DNA of 64,000 nt from Myxococcota bacterium (GCA_039194325.1 JBCCWC010000012.1:32001-96000); one strand, 5' to 3'. Shown: positions 19,496 to 29,699, counted from the first letter of the stretch. Notes: generated by a model from the sequence alone, not told the origin. Made by a program: numbers and translations.

Positions 19496-22099
19496 CTATG
19501 CGCCGTCTCGCTCTTCGAGCCACGCCTGAACGACTTCGAGACGATCGCGGATGTCCCAGCCCTCTTCGCGGGCCGCCACGTAGCTCTGCGCGGCGGCTCG
19601 CGCGATGGCCAGAGCCCGCGCACGATCGATCTCGCCGTCCCACAGCGCCTGCGCGAGGTTGAAGCGGATCGTCCCCACCCGCTCGGGCCGCACTTGCCGG
19701 TCGATCGAGATCTCGAGGGCTCGCTCGAGGCGCGCTACAGCGGCGGCGGGCTCTCCGAGCTCGATCTCGACGCGGGCCAGGCCGAGCAGGCACGGTACCA
19801 GCTGCGGATGGTCCGCCCCGAGGGCCCGCTCGGTGCGTACGACCACGGTCTGAAACGACTTGCGGGCCTCCTCGAAGTTACCGCTGAACATGTAGTTGGC
19901 GGCGACGTTGTTGAGAAACCCCAGGGTGTGGATGTGATCGGGACCGTGGATCGCCTCGTTGCGGGCGGCCGCCTCGGCAAGCAAGGCGGCCGCTTCAACG
20001 TGGCGCTCGCGAAGCGCGTGGAACATGCCCACGTTCCCGAGCACGTTGACATAGCGCGGGTCGTCCTCGGCAAACGTGCGCTTGGCAGCCGCCAGAGCCG
20101 ATGCATAAACTAGCTCGGCCTCGTCGTCCCGCCCCGCCTCTCGCAAGGTCGCGCCGTAGGTGGTCCGCGCTGCGATGGCGTGGGGGTGCTCGGGACTGAA
20201 TGCTGCGTCGAAGATCTCCACCGCGCGCTGCTGGGCCTCCAGGGCAAGATCGACGCTGCCACGCCTCGACAGGGCGGTGGCCAGGGAATTGAGGCTGTGG
20301 GCGACCGCCGGATGCCGAGGGCCGAGCTTGGACTCGGCGAGCGCCAGGCTCTGCCGCAAGAGCTCGATCTCCTCGGCGGTGGAGCCTAGGCGCCCCAGCA
20401 CGTTGCCGAGGGCCTGCGCCCCCTGCATCCGCGCGTAGGGATTGGGAGGGTCTTGCTGATCGGCAAGCTCGATGCTGCGCTCGTAGTGCACGCGTGCTTG
20501 CTCGTGGTCACCCCGCTGGTAGGCCACCTTGCCTTGAGCATTGGCCACGCGGGTCCGCAGGGGCACGGTGTCGTTGCGCTCCAGCGCGGCGGCGGCATGG
20601 TCGATCCATCGAGAAGCCTCATCGTGCCGCCCCTGGTCGGCCAATAGCATGGCGAGATCCATCGCGCAGTGAGCGATGAGCTCGGGATGATCGGAGGCCA
20701 CGGCGGCCGCGAAGGCGGTGTGAAAGCCACGCTCGGCCTCGTCTTCGTGCCCCAGGGCCCGGTGGGCCTCGGCGATCCCGTAGTCGGCCTGCCCCTCCAA
20801 TGCACGCAGGCCCAGGGCTCGCGCCTGCTCGCGCGCTTGCTGATGGAGCTCGATGCTCGGCAGATAACGGCCCATCTTGTGCTTGACCTCGCCCCGGGAC
20901 AAGAGCGACTCGATGGCGAGCACCTGCTGGATGTCGACGTCGGCGTAGCGCGCCTCGTCGCCCGGCCCCGTCCCGCACGCGGCGGGCGAGCCGAGTGATG
21001 CGGCGGTCTGCGCCGCGCTCACCACCGTGGGCTCGTCGGCTTGACCGAGCGCGTCGACGAAGGTCTCCAGCGCCTGGATCTGCCGATGCAGGCAGATCGT
21101 GGCCGCGGCTCGATGGATCTTCTCGGCCTCGCCGAGCCCACAGTGCTCGCCTTGGGCTTGCCGCCAGCGCTCTACGAAGGAATCGACGTCCCGCTCGACC
21201 GACTGCCAGGCGTTCTGGGCGTAGGGCACCCCGGTGGCCAGGAAGGCCTGGTGACCGCTCTGCGTCGTCGACTCGTTCCAGATCTCGGTGAGTCGGGAGT
21301 AGGCCGAGTCGCACCAGACCTGCCCGGTCGGCTCGGGCTCGGAGCGTGAGGCTACGAAGGTCGAGGCGCCCGCGATGACCAGCACCAGCATGCCCACCAC
21401 CCCGGCGCGCTGCTTTCGACGCTGGACGGCCCGCAACGCGTCGACCAAGCCCCGCAGCGAACCGTGCGCCGAGCGTTGGCGCAGGCCATCGTGCACGATC
21501 CGGCGCACTCGACGGGGCACGTGCGGGTAGCGGGGTGGCTCGAGCTCCTTGCCGGGAAGCCCGCCGAAGAGCGCCTGGTATAGGGCCATGGCCCAGCTGC
21601 GCCGATCGTCGTCCTCGGTGGGCGGAGCGCCCAGCCGCGGCGAGGAGCGAACGAAGTCGATGACTCGCACCTGCCGGTCGTCCCCCACGACGAGCGAGTC
21701 GAGGCCGAAGCGACCGTGGATAAGGCCCGCCTCGTGCGCCGTGGCCAGCGCATCGCCAGCCGCCACGAAGACGTCGAGCACTCGGGTCCATCGCGGCTCG
21801 GCCTGCTCGATCCAGGGCAGGACGGTGCGACCGTCGACGAAGTCCATCGCGGCGAATTGTCGACCCTCGTAGGCGCCCACGTCGTGCACCCGCACAACAT
21901 TGGGGTGCACGAGACGAGCGAGCACCCGAGCCTGATCGCGACGCCAGGCCTGCGCCTGCTCGGACGCGACGGGAAAGACCTTGAGGCGAACCTTGCGATC
22001 GAGCTCGGGATCGTAGGCGATAAGCGTGCGCTCACCGTTGCGCCCGACGACCTCGTCGAGGACGAGGTAGCGGCCAAACCGGGAGGCAGGGTCGGTCAT
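19496..22099 (-). CDS. Ser/Thr pseudokinase-TM-TPR protein
   Basis: Kinase fold (ARLVHPNVVRVHDVG) with HGRF and DFV in place of HRD and DFG; TM segment; TPR repeats with GPxHP motifs. Confidence 0.85.
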   Translation of the reverse strand: MTDPASRFGRYLVLDEVVGRNGERTLIAYDPELDRKVRLKVFPVASEQAQAWRRDQARVLARLVHPNVVRVHDVGAYEGRQFAAMDFVDGRTVLPWIEQAEPRWTRVLDVFVAAGDALATAHEAGLIHGRFGLDSLVVGDDRQVRVIDFVRSSPRLGAPPTEDDDRRSWAMALYQALFGGLPGKELEPPRYPHVPRRVRRIVHDGLRQRSAHGSLRGLVDALRAVQRRKQRAGVVGMLVLVIAGASTFVASRSEPEPTGQVWCDSAYSRLTEIWNESTTQSGHQAFLATGVPYAQNAWQSVERDVDSFVERWRQAQGEHCGLGEAEKIHRAAATICLHRQIQALETFVDALGQADEPTVVSAAQTAASLGSPAACGTGPGDEARYADVDIQQVLAIESLLSRGEVKHKMGRYLPSIELHQQAREQARALGLRALEGQADYGIAEAHRALGHEDEAERGFHTAFAAAVASDHPELIAHCAMDLAMLLADQGRHDEASRWIDHAAAALERNDTVPLRTRVANAQGKVAYQRGDHEQARVHYERSIELADQQDPPNPYARMQGAQALGNVLGRLGSTAEEIELLRQSLALAESKLGPRHPAVAHSLNSLATALSRRGSVDLALEAQQRAVEIFDAAFSPEHPHAIAARTTYGATLREAGRDDEAELVYASALAAAKRTFAEDDPRYVNVLGNVGMFHALRERHVEAAALLAEAAARNEAIHGPDHIHTLGFLNNVAANYMFSGNFEEARKSFQTVVVRTERALGADHPQLVPCLLGLARVEIELGEPAAAVARLERALEISIDRQVRPERVGTIRFNLAQALWDGEIDRARALAIARAAAQSYVAAREEGWDIRDRLEVVQAWLEERDGA

Positions 22100-22185
22100 G
22101 GAGCGACTGCCTATTTGGCACGGACCTGGGGGTATCGCCAAGTCGCTCCCTCACGTAGGCGGGCCGTTCGAGGCGAACGGATCGC

Positions 22186-22734
22186 TCACGCGCGCTCGCG
22201 AGGCAACCCCGCGAGCAACTTGGCATAGAGCCGGCGGCGTGCGGCAAGCTGACGGGGTCGAACCCAGTCCAAGCCCATGGCCTTCCAGTCGGGGTCGTCG
22301 GGATCCAGGCCCAGGGCCGCGACGAATTGCCGCGAGCACACGAAGAACTGACTGCGGTAGCCCAGCAGATAGCCGCCGACCTGGGCGTGGGTACGACGAG
22401 CCGCAGCGTAGTCGGCAAACCACTGGTTGGTGAAGGCACAGCCCCGGTGCGGGTAGAGCAACGTGCCCAGATCGGACTCGTCCTCGTCGCCTCGCAACAC
22501 CCGATGAGCATGGGGCCAGCCCGAAAAACCCAGCTCACGCGCGATCACGGCCAGGCTGTGCTTTCGCTGGATCGGCGGGGTCGGCCCCGAGCCCGAGCGA
22601 AACTGTGGCAGCCGCCGTAGGCGCTCAAGGGCGGCCGGATCCCCCGCCTCGGCGCGACGATGCAGCAGCCGCGCTCGCGCCTTGAGTTCTTCGATCGCAT
22701 TGATCGCATTGATCGCATTGATCGCATTGATCAT
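22186..22734 (-). CDS. Uncharacterised protein with IARELGFSGW and LGLDPDDPDW motifs
   Basis: Strong RBS GAGGAGG upstream of ATG 22734; protein-like composition; N-terminal NAI repeats. Confidence 0.8.
   Translation of the reverse strand: MINAINAINAINAIEELKARARLLHRRAEAGDPAALERLRRLPQFRSGSGPTPPIQRKHSLAVIARELGFSGWPHAHRVLRGDEDESDLGTLLYPHRGCAFTNQWFADYAAARRTHAQVGGYLLGYRSQFFVCSRQFVAALGLDPDDPDWKAMGLDWVRPRQLAARRRLYAKLLAGLPRERA
22693..22728. repeat. 9-bp tandem repeat GATCGCATT x4 (encodes NAI repeats)
   Basis: Read directly from sequence. Confidence 0.95.
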
Positions 22735-22870
22735 TGCCAATTCCTCCTCATGTGGCCGGCACCCGCACCATTGGGCCAAGGGGAACGCAACGTCGTGCGC
22801 ATCGAGTTGATGATGCAGGGTGGATCCACCGTTTGGCGGGAAGGGCGCCCCTGCGCACCCAGACCGCCAG
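22735..22870 (-). ncRNA. Candidate structured cis-acting leader RNA
   Basis: Complementary segments GGCGCCC/GGGUGCC, CCCGC/GCGGG, GCAUC/GAUGC, CGCA/UGCG and palindrome GGUGGAUCCACC, ending at the RBS. Confidence 0.45.
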
Positions 22871-23192
22871 CATACGGCACGAACGACACCGCGCAAGGCG
22901 ATTCGTGGCCCGCCCGACGCAGAAATCAGCACAAACGCGCGATCGAACGGAACCTGCACTGCTCGGACCGGGTTCGAACCCGAGGGGAAACCAATGCCTC
23001 CGCCGACGCAACAAAACCGCTGTGGAGCCACCGCCGCCTGTCTCCAGACCATGGGATGGTCGATCCTACCGTGCCATCGGCACGGGCCCGGGCACGGGCA
23101 ACCGATCTGGAACCCAGTCGCGCTCGTGGCGTGGTTCTGGTACGTCCCCGGAGCGATGGCCAGATCGAAAAACGGTCAAGCGACGCCCTACC

Positions 23193-23930
23193 ATGAGTGA
23201 ACCCATCATCGAGGTGGCCGACGTCCACCGCGAGTATCGCATGGGCGGCGAGACGATCGCGGCGCTCAGCGGGGTGAGCTTCATGATCCGCGAGGGCGAG
23301 TTCGTGGCCATCGTGGGCAAGTCGGGCTCGGGCAAGACCACGCTGATGAACCTGCTGGGCTGCCTCGACCGCCCCACGCAGGGCTCCTACCGGCTGGGAG
23401 GCAACGACGTGGAGGGCCTGTCCGACGACGAGCTCTCCCGGCTGCGCAACCAGCATATCGGCTTCGTGTTCCAGAGCTTCCAGCTGCTCAACCGAGCGTC
23501 GGCCATCAAGAACGTCTCGCTGCCGCTGGTGTATCGGGGCGTGTCCCGCTCGCAGCGGCGGAGCCTGGCCGCGGCCGCGCTCGAGCGCGTGGGCCTGGGG
23601 CATCGCACGGGTCATCGCCCCAACCAGATGTCGGGTGGCGAGCGGCAGCGCGTGGCGATCGCCCGGGCGCTGGTGGGATCGCCGTCGCTCATCCTGGCCG
23701 ACGAGCCCACGGGCAACCTCGACTCGGCGACCGAGCGCGACACCATGCGGCTGTTCTACGAGTTACACGAGGCGGGCAACACGATCGTGCTGGTCACCCA
23801 CGAGCCCTCGATCGCCCAGCAATGCCCCCGCGCCATTCGCCTGGCCGACGGTCGGGTGGTGGGCGACGGGCCGGGCCCCGAGGTGGGCGCCAATCCCCGC
23901 GTCCCGACCGCGGAGGGCGTGCATGCGTAG
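23193..23930 (+). CDS. ABC transporter ATP-binding protein (MacB/LolD-like)
   Basis: [45 protein letters not shown]. Confidence 0.95.
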   Translation: MSEPIIEVADVHREYRMGGETIAALSGVSFMIREGEFVAIVGKSGSGKTTLMNLLGCLDRPTQGSYRLGGNDVEGLSDDELSRLRNQHIGFVFQSFQLLNRASAIKNVSLPLVYRGVSRSQRRSLAAAALERVGLGHRTGHRPNQMSGGERQRVAIARALVGSPSLILADEPTGNLDSATERDTMRLFYELHEAGNTIVLVTHEPSIAQQCPRAIRLADGRVVGDGPGPEVGANPRVPTAEGVHA

Positions 23931-25152
23931 GCCATCGCTCGGGCCCGGCCCCAAGGCAAGGGCGCTGGCGCTGGCGCTGGCGCTGACCGGCTGCGACTCC
24001 CCGCCCTCCGCCCAGGGCCCCGTGCCGGCGGCCGAGGAGGAGCTGCTCGTCACCCGTGGTGCGCTATACGAGCACGTCTTGCTCACCGGCGAGCTCGAAG
24101 CGGCTGATTCCGAAGACCTGCTGGCCCCCAAGACCGAGGGCTGGGCGACGCCGATCCGTTGGCTCATCGAAGACGGCGCATCGGTGAAACAAGGCGACAA
24201 GGTCGTCGAGCTCGACAACACCGCGATCCTCGAGAAGATAAGTGATCACGATCTGGCGGTGCTCCACGCCGAGATCGAGCTGACCAACCAAAAGGCGACC
24301 AGCGAGGTCGAGCTGGCCGACAAGCGCTTCGAGGTGCACAGCCAGCAGACCGCGCTGGCCAAGGCCAAGCTCGACGCCGGCGTCTCGCCCGAGCTGGTGT
24401 CCCGGCGCGAGTATCAGCAGTTCCAGCTGGCGGTGCGCACGGCCAAGACGGGCCTGGCCACGGCCAAGGACGACCTGAAGGCCGCCCAGGAGGCGGCCCG
24501 CCTGCAAGAGCAGGTCAAGCGGATCGCCCTGCAAAAGGCCCGACGCAAGTACGACGGCGCGGTGGAGCAGATCCACGCGCTGGCGCTCACCGCCCCGCGC
24601 GACGGGGTGGCGGTGGTGGACACCCACCCGTGGGAGGGGCGCAAGTGGCAAGTGGGCGATACGGTCTGGCCGGGGCTGACCGTCGCCAAGCTTCCCGATC
24701 TATCCTCGATGATCGTAGAGGCGGTGGTCAGCGACGTAGACGACGGCCGGGTGCGCCCGGGGATGAAGGCGACCTGCGTGGTCGATGCCTACCCCGACCA
24801 ACCGCTCGAGGGAACCGTGCTCGCCGTCAGCCCGGTCGCTCGCGAGCCCGAGCACCAGTCGCAGCGCCGCTTCTTCTCGGTGGTGGTGGAGCTGCCTCCC
24901 ACCAACATCGAGAACCTGCGACCGGGCCTGTCGGTGAAGGTCGACGTGCGGGTGGCCGAACACGACGACGTGCTGCTCGCTCCCCGGGTCGCGCTGGATC
25001 TGTTTGTCGAGCCCCCGCGAGCGTGGCTTTCGTCGGGCGAGGCGATCGAGGTCGAGGTGGGAGCCTGCGATGCCCAGCGCTGCGAGGTGCTGGCTGGGCT
25101 CGACGAAGGAGCGTCGCTCACGCGACGCCCCAGCGAGGAGGTGGCGGGATGA
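23923..25152 (+). CDS. Periplasmic adaptor (MFP/HlyD-like) lipoprotein 1
   Basis: LTGC lipobox, EDGASVKQGD lipoyl half-motif, coiled coil, LTAPRDG, LRPGLS. Confidence 0.88.
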   Translation: MRRPSLGPGPKARALALALALTGCDSPPSAQGPVPAAEEELLVTRGALYEHVLLTGELEAADSEDLLAPKTEGWATPIRWLIEDGASVKQGDKVVELDNTAILEKISDHDLAVLHAEIELTNQKATSEVELADKRFEVHSQQTALAKAKLDAGVSPELVSRREYQQFQLAVRTAKTGLATAKDDLKAAQEAARLQEQVKRIALQKARRKYDGAVEQIHALALTAPRDGVAVVDTHPWEGRKWQVGDTVWPGLTVAKLPDLSSMIVEAVVSDVDDGRVRPGMKATCVVDAYPDQPLEGTVLAVSPVAREPEHQSQRRFFSVVVELPPTNIENLRPGLSVKVDVRVAEHDDVLLAPRVALDLFVEPPRAWLSSGEAIEVEVGACDAQRCEVLAGLDEGASLTRRPSEEVAG

Positions 25153-26390
25153 TCCGGACTCTCGCGCAGAGCTGGACGCGGCGGGGTACCACGCGATCGG
25201 CCACCATCCTCCTGGGCACCATCCTCCTGGGTGCCGCCTGTGGCTCCCACGCTCGCAACGTGGATTGGCTCGAGGTCGAGCGGGGCACGCTGGTGATCGA
25301 CGTCGACGTCAGCGGCACCCTCGAGGCGGTCGACTCGGCCTCGATCACTCCCCCAGGGCTGCCCGGGGTGTGGAACTACAAGATCGCCATGATGGCTCCC
25401 GAGGGCAACGAGGTGGAGCAGGGGGCCACGATCCTCGCCTTCGACACCAGCGACCTCGACCGTCGACTGGAAGAAAAGACGGCCAGCCGCGACTCGGCGG
25501 CCAAGCAACTGGAGATGAAGAAGGCCTCCGCCAAGGTGGCCGAGCAAGACAACCGCCTGGCGCTGGCCGAGGCCCGGGCCGAGCACCACAAAGCCGAGCT
25601 CAAGGCCGAGGCGCCGGCCGACATCACCTCGGTGGTCGAGCTGGAGAAGGCCCGGCTCGACCTGGAGCTGGCGGTCAAGAAGGTGGCATACCTCGAGGGC
25701 AAGGGGGTGTCGATCCGGCAGAGCAACCAGGCCGAGATCTCGCGGTGGCGAAGCCAGCGAGACCGAGCCGAGGAGCGCGTAGCCGAGATCAGCACCGCGA
25801 TCGGCCAGATGCAGATCAAGTCCCCCCGAGCGGGCACGGTGATCTACGAGTCCAACTGGGAGGGTGAGAAGAAGAAGGTCGGCGACAACGCATGGCGGGC
25901 CGAGACGATCATGCGGGTGGCATCGCTGGCCGAGATGGAGGCCGCCGGCGAGATCGACGAGGTCGACGCGGCGCGGGTCTCGGTGGGGCAGCCGGTCTCG
26001 CTGCGCCTGGACTCACAGGCCGACGTGGAGTTGCAGGGCACGATCCGCGAGATCTCGCGAACCGTACAGCGCCAGTCCCCGGACAACCCGCTCAAGGTCG
26101 TCCGGCTCAAGATCAGCCTCGAGGACGGGGGCGCGCGGCTGCGACCCGGCATGCGCTTCCGCGGCAACGTGGAGACGGATCGGCTCAAGGACACGCTGCG
26201 GGTGCCCCTGGAGGCCATCGTAGCCACCGCCGACGGGCCGGTGGCCTACCGCCGCACGGCCGAGGGCTCCGAGCCGGTGCTGGTGACCTTGGGCCGCCGC
26301 AACGCCGAGCAGGTCGAGGTGACCGCGGGCCTGCAAGAGGGCGACGAGGTCGATGCGGCGCCCCAGCGGCGCTCGGAGGGGCCCCAATGA
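25149..26390 (+). CDS. Periplasmic adaptor (MFP/HlyD-like) lipoprotein 2
   Basis: GAAC lipobox, PEGNEVEQG, IKSPRAG, LRPGMR, GLQEGD. Confidence 0.88.
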   Translation: MIRTLAQSWTRRGTTRSATILLGTILLGAACGSHARNVDWLEVERGTLVIDVDVSGTLEAVDSASITPPGLPGVWNYKIAMMAPEGNEVEQGATILAFDTSDLDRRLEEKTASRDSAAKQLEMKKASAKVAEQDNRLALAEARAEHHKAELKAEAPADITSVVELEKARLDLELAVKKVAYLEGKGVSIRQSNQAEISRWRSQRDRAEERVAEISTAIGQMQIKSPRAGTVIYESNWEGEKKKVGDNAWRAETIMRVASLAEMEAAGEIDEVDAARVSVGQPVSLRLDSQADVELQGTIREISRTVQRQSPDNPLKVVRLKISLEDGGARLRPGMRFRGNVETDRLKDTLRVPLEAIVATADGPVAYRRTAEGSEPVLVTLGRRNAEQVEVTAGLQEGDEVDAAPQRRSEGPQ

Positions 26391-27829
26391 GCCGCCGCAG
26401 CACGGAGTTCTCTATGCCGAGGGCCGGCTCGGAATGCGCGACTTCGTCGCGCCCGGCCTCGGTCTTGCCCAAGCGGCACCCAAGAGGGACGAAAACCGGG
26501 TTTTCTTGGGAGCCTCGGACCGGTCGTCGGACCCGCAGCCAGGCGGGCCGCCAGGCTGGCTGCCAGATAGCCCGGTGGTGGCTGCTCGCGGTCGCGCTCG
26601 GTCCGCTCGCCTGCGGGCCTGCGCCCGAGACCAAGGCCGAGGTCCCTACGATGGAGGTCGAGCGCAGCGACGCGTTCGTGCGCCGGGTGACGGCCGAGGG
26701 CTACCTCAAGGCGGTCGAGGCCACCCCGCTCACGGCCCCTGCCGACGCCGAGCGACCCATGAAGGTGGCCTGGGTCGCGCTCGACGGCAGCCACGTCGAG
26801 GAGGGCGAGGTGGTGGTCCGCTTCGACGACTCCGAAATGCGTCGGATGCTCGAGGACAGCGAGGACGACGTGATCTCGGCCAAGCGAGAGATCTCCCGCG
26901 AGAACACCCTGGGGGCCGCCACCGCCCGTCGTCGCGATCGCACCGCCAACCTGGCGGGGGTCGAGATGAAGATGGCCAAGGAGCTCCAAACCGACGACGA
27001 GCGGATCCTGTCGCGCAACGAGATCATCGAGACCCGCATCGATGCCGATCTGGCCGAGGCCAAGGCCGCCCACGCGCGCCGGGTCAAGAAGGTCGAAGGC
27101 GCGGTATCCCGCAACCAACAAGGCGTGCACGACATCGCCCGCAAGCGGGCGCAGAGCGAGGTCGAGCGGGCTATCAAGGGGCTGAAGCTGCTGGAGATCA
27201 CCGCCCCCCACGCCGGGATCCTGGTGCTGGAGCGCAACTGGCGGGGTGAGAGCCTGCGGGTGGGCGACACGATCTGGCGGGGGCAGAAGGTCGCCGAGCT
27301 CCCGCTGATCACCGACATGGAGGCGGAGCTCTACGTGCTCGAGGCCGACGCCGGCGAGCTGGCCGAGGGCTTGCGCGCCGAGCTGGTCATCGAGGCCCAC
27401 CCCGAGCAGGTCTACGAGGCCACCCTGGCGCAGGTCGACCCCCTGGCCAAGCCGCGCCACAAGGACGTGCCGGTGCAGTACTTCGGGGTGACCCTCAAGC
27501 TGCCCCAGACCGACGAGGCGATCATGAAGGTGGGGCAGCGGGTGCGGGGCACCATCATCCTCGAGCAGGGTGAGGCGATCGTCGTGCCCCGCCAGGCGGT
27601 CTTCGAACGCGACGGCCGGATGTTCGTGTTCCGTAAGGACGGCGCCGACTTCGACCAGATCGAGGTCAAGCTCGGCTCGTCGAGCGCGGGTCGGGTGGTG
27701 ATCCTCGAGGGTCTAGAAGAAGGCGACCGGATCGCCCTGCGTGACCCCGAGCGAGCCGCCAACACCCCGCTGGGCGCCGCCGAGGGCAAGGCCGGCGGCG
27801 ACGACAAGAAGGGAGGCCCGGTGCGATGA
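26387..27829 (+). CDS. Periplasmic adaptor (MFP/HlyD-like) lipoprotein 3
   Basis: PLAC lipobox after an N-terminal extension, DGSHVEEGE, ITAPHAG, GLEEGD. Confidence 0.88.
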   Translation: MSRRSTEFSMPRAGSECATSSRPASVLPKRHPRGTKTGFSWEPRTGRRTRSQAGRQAGCQIARWWLLAVALGPLACGPAPETKAEVPTMEVERSDAFVRRVTAEGYLKAVEATPLTAPADAERPMKVAWVALDGSHVEEGEVVVRFDDSEMRRMLEDSEDDVISAKREISRENTLGAATARRRDRTANLAGVEMKMAKELQTDDERILSRNEIIETRIDADLAEAKAAHARRVKKVEGAVSRNQQGVHDIARKRAQSEVERAIKGLKLLEITAPHAGILVLERNWRGESLRVGDTIWRGQKVAELPLITDMEAELYVLEADAGELAEGLRAELVIEAHPEQVYEATLAQVDPLAKPRHKDVPVQYFGVTLKLPQTDEAIMKVGQRVRGTIILEQGEAIVVPRQAVFERDGRMFVFRKDGADFDQIEVKLGSSSAGRVVILEGLEEGDRIALRDPERAANTPLGAAEGKAGGDDKKGGPVR

Positions 27830-29064
27830 TGCGGGCCACCGACGCCCTGTGGGCCGCCCTGGAGAGCCTGGCCGAGCACAAGCTGCGCTCGGGCCTGACC
27901 ATGCTGGGCATCATGTTCGGGGTGGGGGCGGTGATCTCCATGCTCTCGATCGGAGCGGGCGCCGAAAAGAGCGCGCTGGACCTCATCGATCGCATGGGCG
28001 TGCGCAACGTGGTGGTGCGGGCCAAGGATTTCGAGGCCGACGAGCTCAAGGAGCTGCGCAAGAAATCGATCGGCCTGTCGCGCCGTGACGTCGACGCCAT
28101 TCGCGAAGCGGTGGCCGACGCCGAGCTGGTGGCCCCCCGGCTGGAGGTCGACCCCTACAAGGTGCTCTCGGCCGACGGCAAGACCGAGTCGGCCGTGTTC
28201 GGGGTCTCTCGACGGCACGCCGAGCTGGTCGATCTCCCCCTGGCCGAGGGGCGCTTGTTCGACGCGCTCGACGAGCGCGACCACGCCCAGGTGTGCGTGA
28301 TCGGCTCGGCGACCGCCCGTGATCTGTTCGGCACCGAGGTCGCCCTGGGCCAGCACCTGAAGGTGGACGACGTCTGGCTCGAGGTGATCGGCGTGCTCGC
28401 CCCCGAGGACACCGACAACGCCAGCGTCGAAGGGGTGGCGATCTCGTCGAGCGCCCGCGAGATCTACATGCCCTTCACCACCGCGCTGCGCAAGCTCGAG
28501 CGCGACCCGCTGGAGTCACCGCTCTCCGAGGTCGTGGTGCGCGTGCGCGACGAGGCCACCCCAGGCGAGGTCGCGGTGCTCATCGACGGCCTGCTCTCGC
28601 GGCTCCACGGCGGGGCCAAGGACTACGAGGTCATCGTGCCCGAGGCCCTGCTCGCCCAGAGCCGCGAGACTCAGCGCCTGTTCAACATCGTCATGGGATG
28701 CATCGCGGGGATCTCGCTGCTGGTCGGGGGGATCGGGATCATGAACATCATGCTCGCCTCGGTGCTCGAGCAGACCCGCGCGATCGGTGTGCGCCGGGCG
28801 GTGGGGGCGAGGCGACGCGACATCCGGTTCCAGTTCCTGGTGACCTCGTTCATGCTCTCGCTGCTGGGGGGGATCTCCGGGGTGATCCTCGGGATCGGCA
28901 TCGCCCAAGTGGTCGCCGCCTATGCCCAGTGGCCCACGGTGGTCACCGTATCCTCCATCGTGCTATCGACCGGGGTGAGTGTGGCCGTAGGGCTGGTCTC
29001 CGGGTTGTATCCGGCGATCCGAGCCGCACGGCTGGATCCGATCGAAGCGCTGCGACACGAGTAG
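27826..29064 (+). CDS. ABC transporter permease (MacB/FtsX-like)
   Basis: LRSGLTMLGIMFGV, LLVGGIGIMNIML, GLYPAIRAARLDPIEALRHE. Confidence 0.95.
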   Translation: MMRATDALWAALESLAEHKLRSGLTMLGIMFGVGAVISMLSIGAGAEKSALDLIDRMGVRNVVVRAKDFEADELKELRKKSIGLSRRDVDAIREAVADAELVAPRLEVDPYKVLSADGKTESAVFGVSRRHAELVDLPLAEGRLFDALDERDHAQVCVIGSATARDLFGTEVALGQHLKVDDVWLEVIGVLAPEDTDNASVEGVAISSSAREIYMPFTTALRKLERDPLESPLSEVVVRVRDEATPGEVAVLIDGLLSRLHGGAKDYEVIVPEALLAQSRETQRLFNIVMGCIAGISLLVGGIGIMNIMLASVLEQTRAIGVRRAVGARRRDIRFQFLVTSFMLSLLGGISGVILGIGIAQVVAAYAQWPTVVTVSSIVLSTGVSVAVGLVSGLYPAIRAARLDPIEALRHE

Positions 29065-29156
29065 CAACAAGCGCGGTTGTCGCAGGTCTAGCCGCTCGAC
29101 CGATCGGTGCTCGACCTCACAAATGTCGATCTCTTGAATAGCCTCACCCTTCGCGC

Positions 29157-29699
29157 GTGACCATGGGTGCAGTGGCCTCGACCAACGCTCCCCTCCAGGT
29201 CTCTACCGGGAACATGTACGCGCTGGCCGCGTTCTGCATCCTCGAGGGGTCGCCCGATCTGCGCGATACGCACGAGCAGCTCAAGGTCGCGGCCGTGGTG
29301 GTCAACCGGCTCAACTCGTCCAACTGGGTGCGCGAGTTCGGCAGCGGGATCCTCGACCAGCTCTTCGCGCCCGGTCAGTTCGAGGTCCAGCCGCGCTACG
29401 GACTCGAGCTCGACGATTTCCACTCGCTCGACGGCGCGACCCGAGCCCTGGCCGCGGCCAAGCACTCGCTCAGCGAACAATGGGCGCGCGAGCTGATGAT
29501 CTCCTTCATGCGGGATGCGGCCGATCCCACCAAGTATCAGGCGGCGGCCTCGGCGGTCGGTGACGCGACGGGGTTTCGAGGTAACGGGATCACCAACACG
29601 TTCCGACAGGAGTCGCCCTGGGACGACGACAACCTGTCGAGCAAGCAGCCCAGCTCGATCGTGGTGGACTGGCCGGGCGGCGACAATCCGTTCTTCTAG
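29157..29699 (+). CDS. SleB/cell-wall hydrolase (Hydrolase_2)-like protein
   Basis: Glu in ILEG followed by VAAVVVNR and PGQFE motifs. Confidence 0.6.
   Translation: MTMGAVASTNAPLQVSTGNMYALAAFCILEGSPDLRDTHEQLKVAAVVVNRLNSSNWVREFGSGILDQLFAPGQFEVQPRYGLELDDFHSLDGATRALAAAKHSLSEQWARELMISFMRDAADPTKYQAAASAVGDATGFRGNGITNTFRQESPWDDDNLSSKQPSSIVVDWPGGDNPFF

Noticed and set aside
22968..22981. tRNA (GGGTTCGAACCC T-arm-like sequence)
   Set aside because: No acceptor, D or anticodon stems could be built around it
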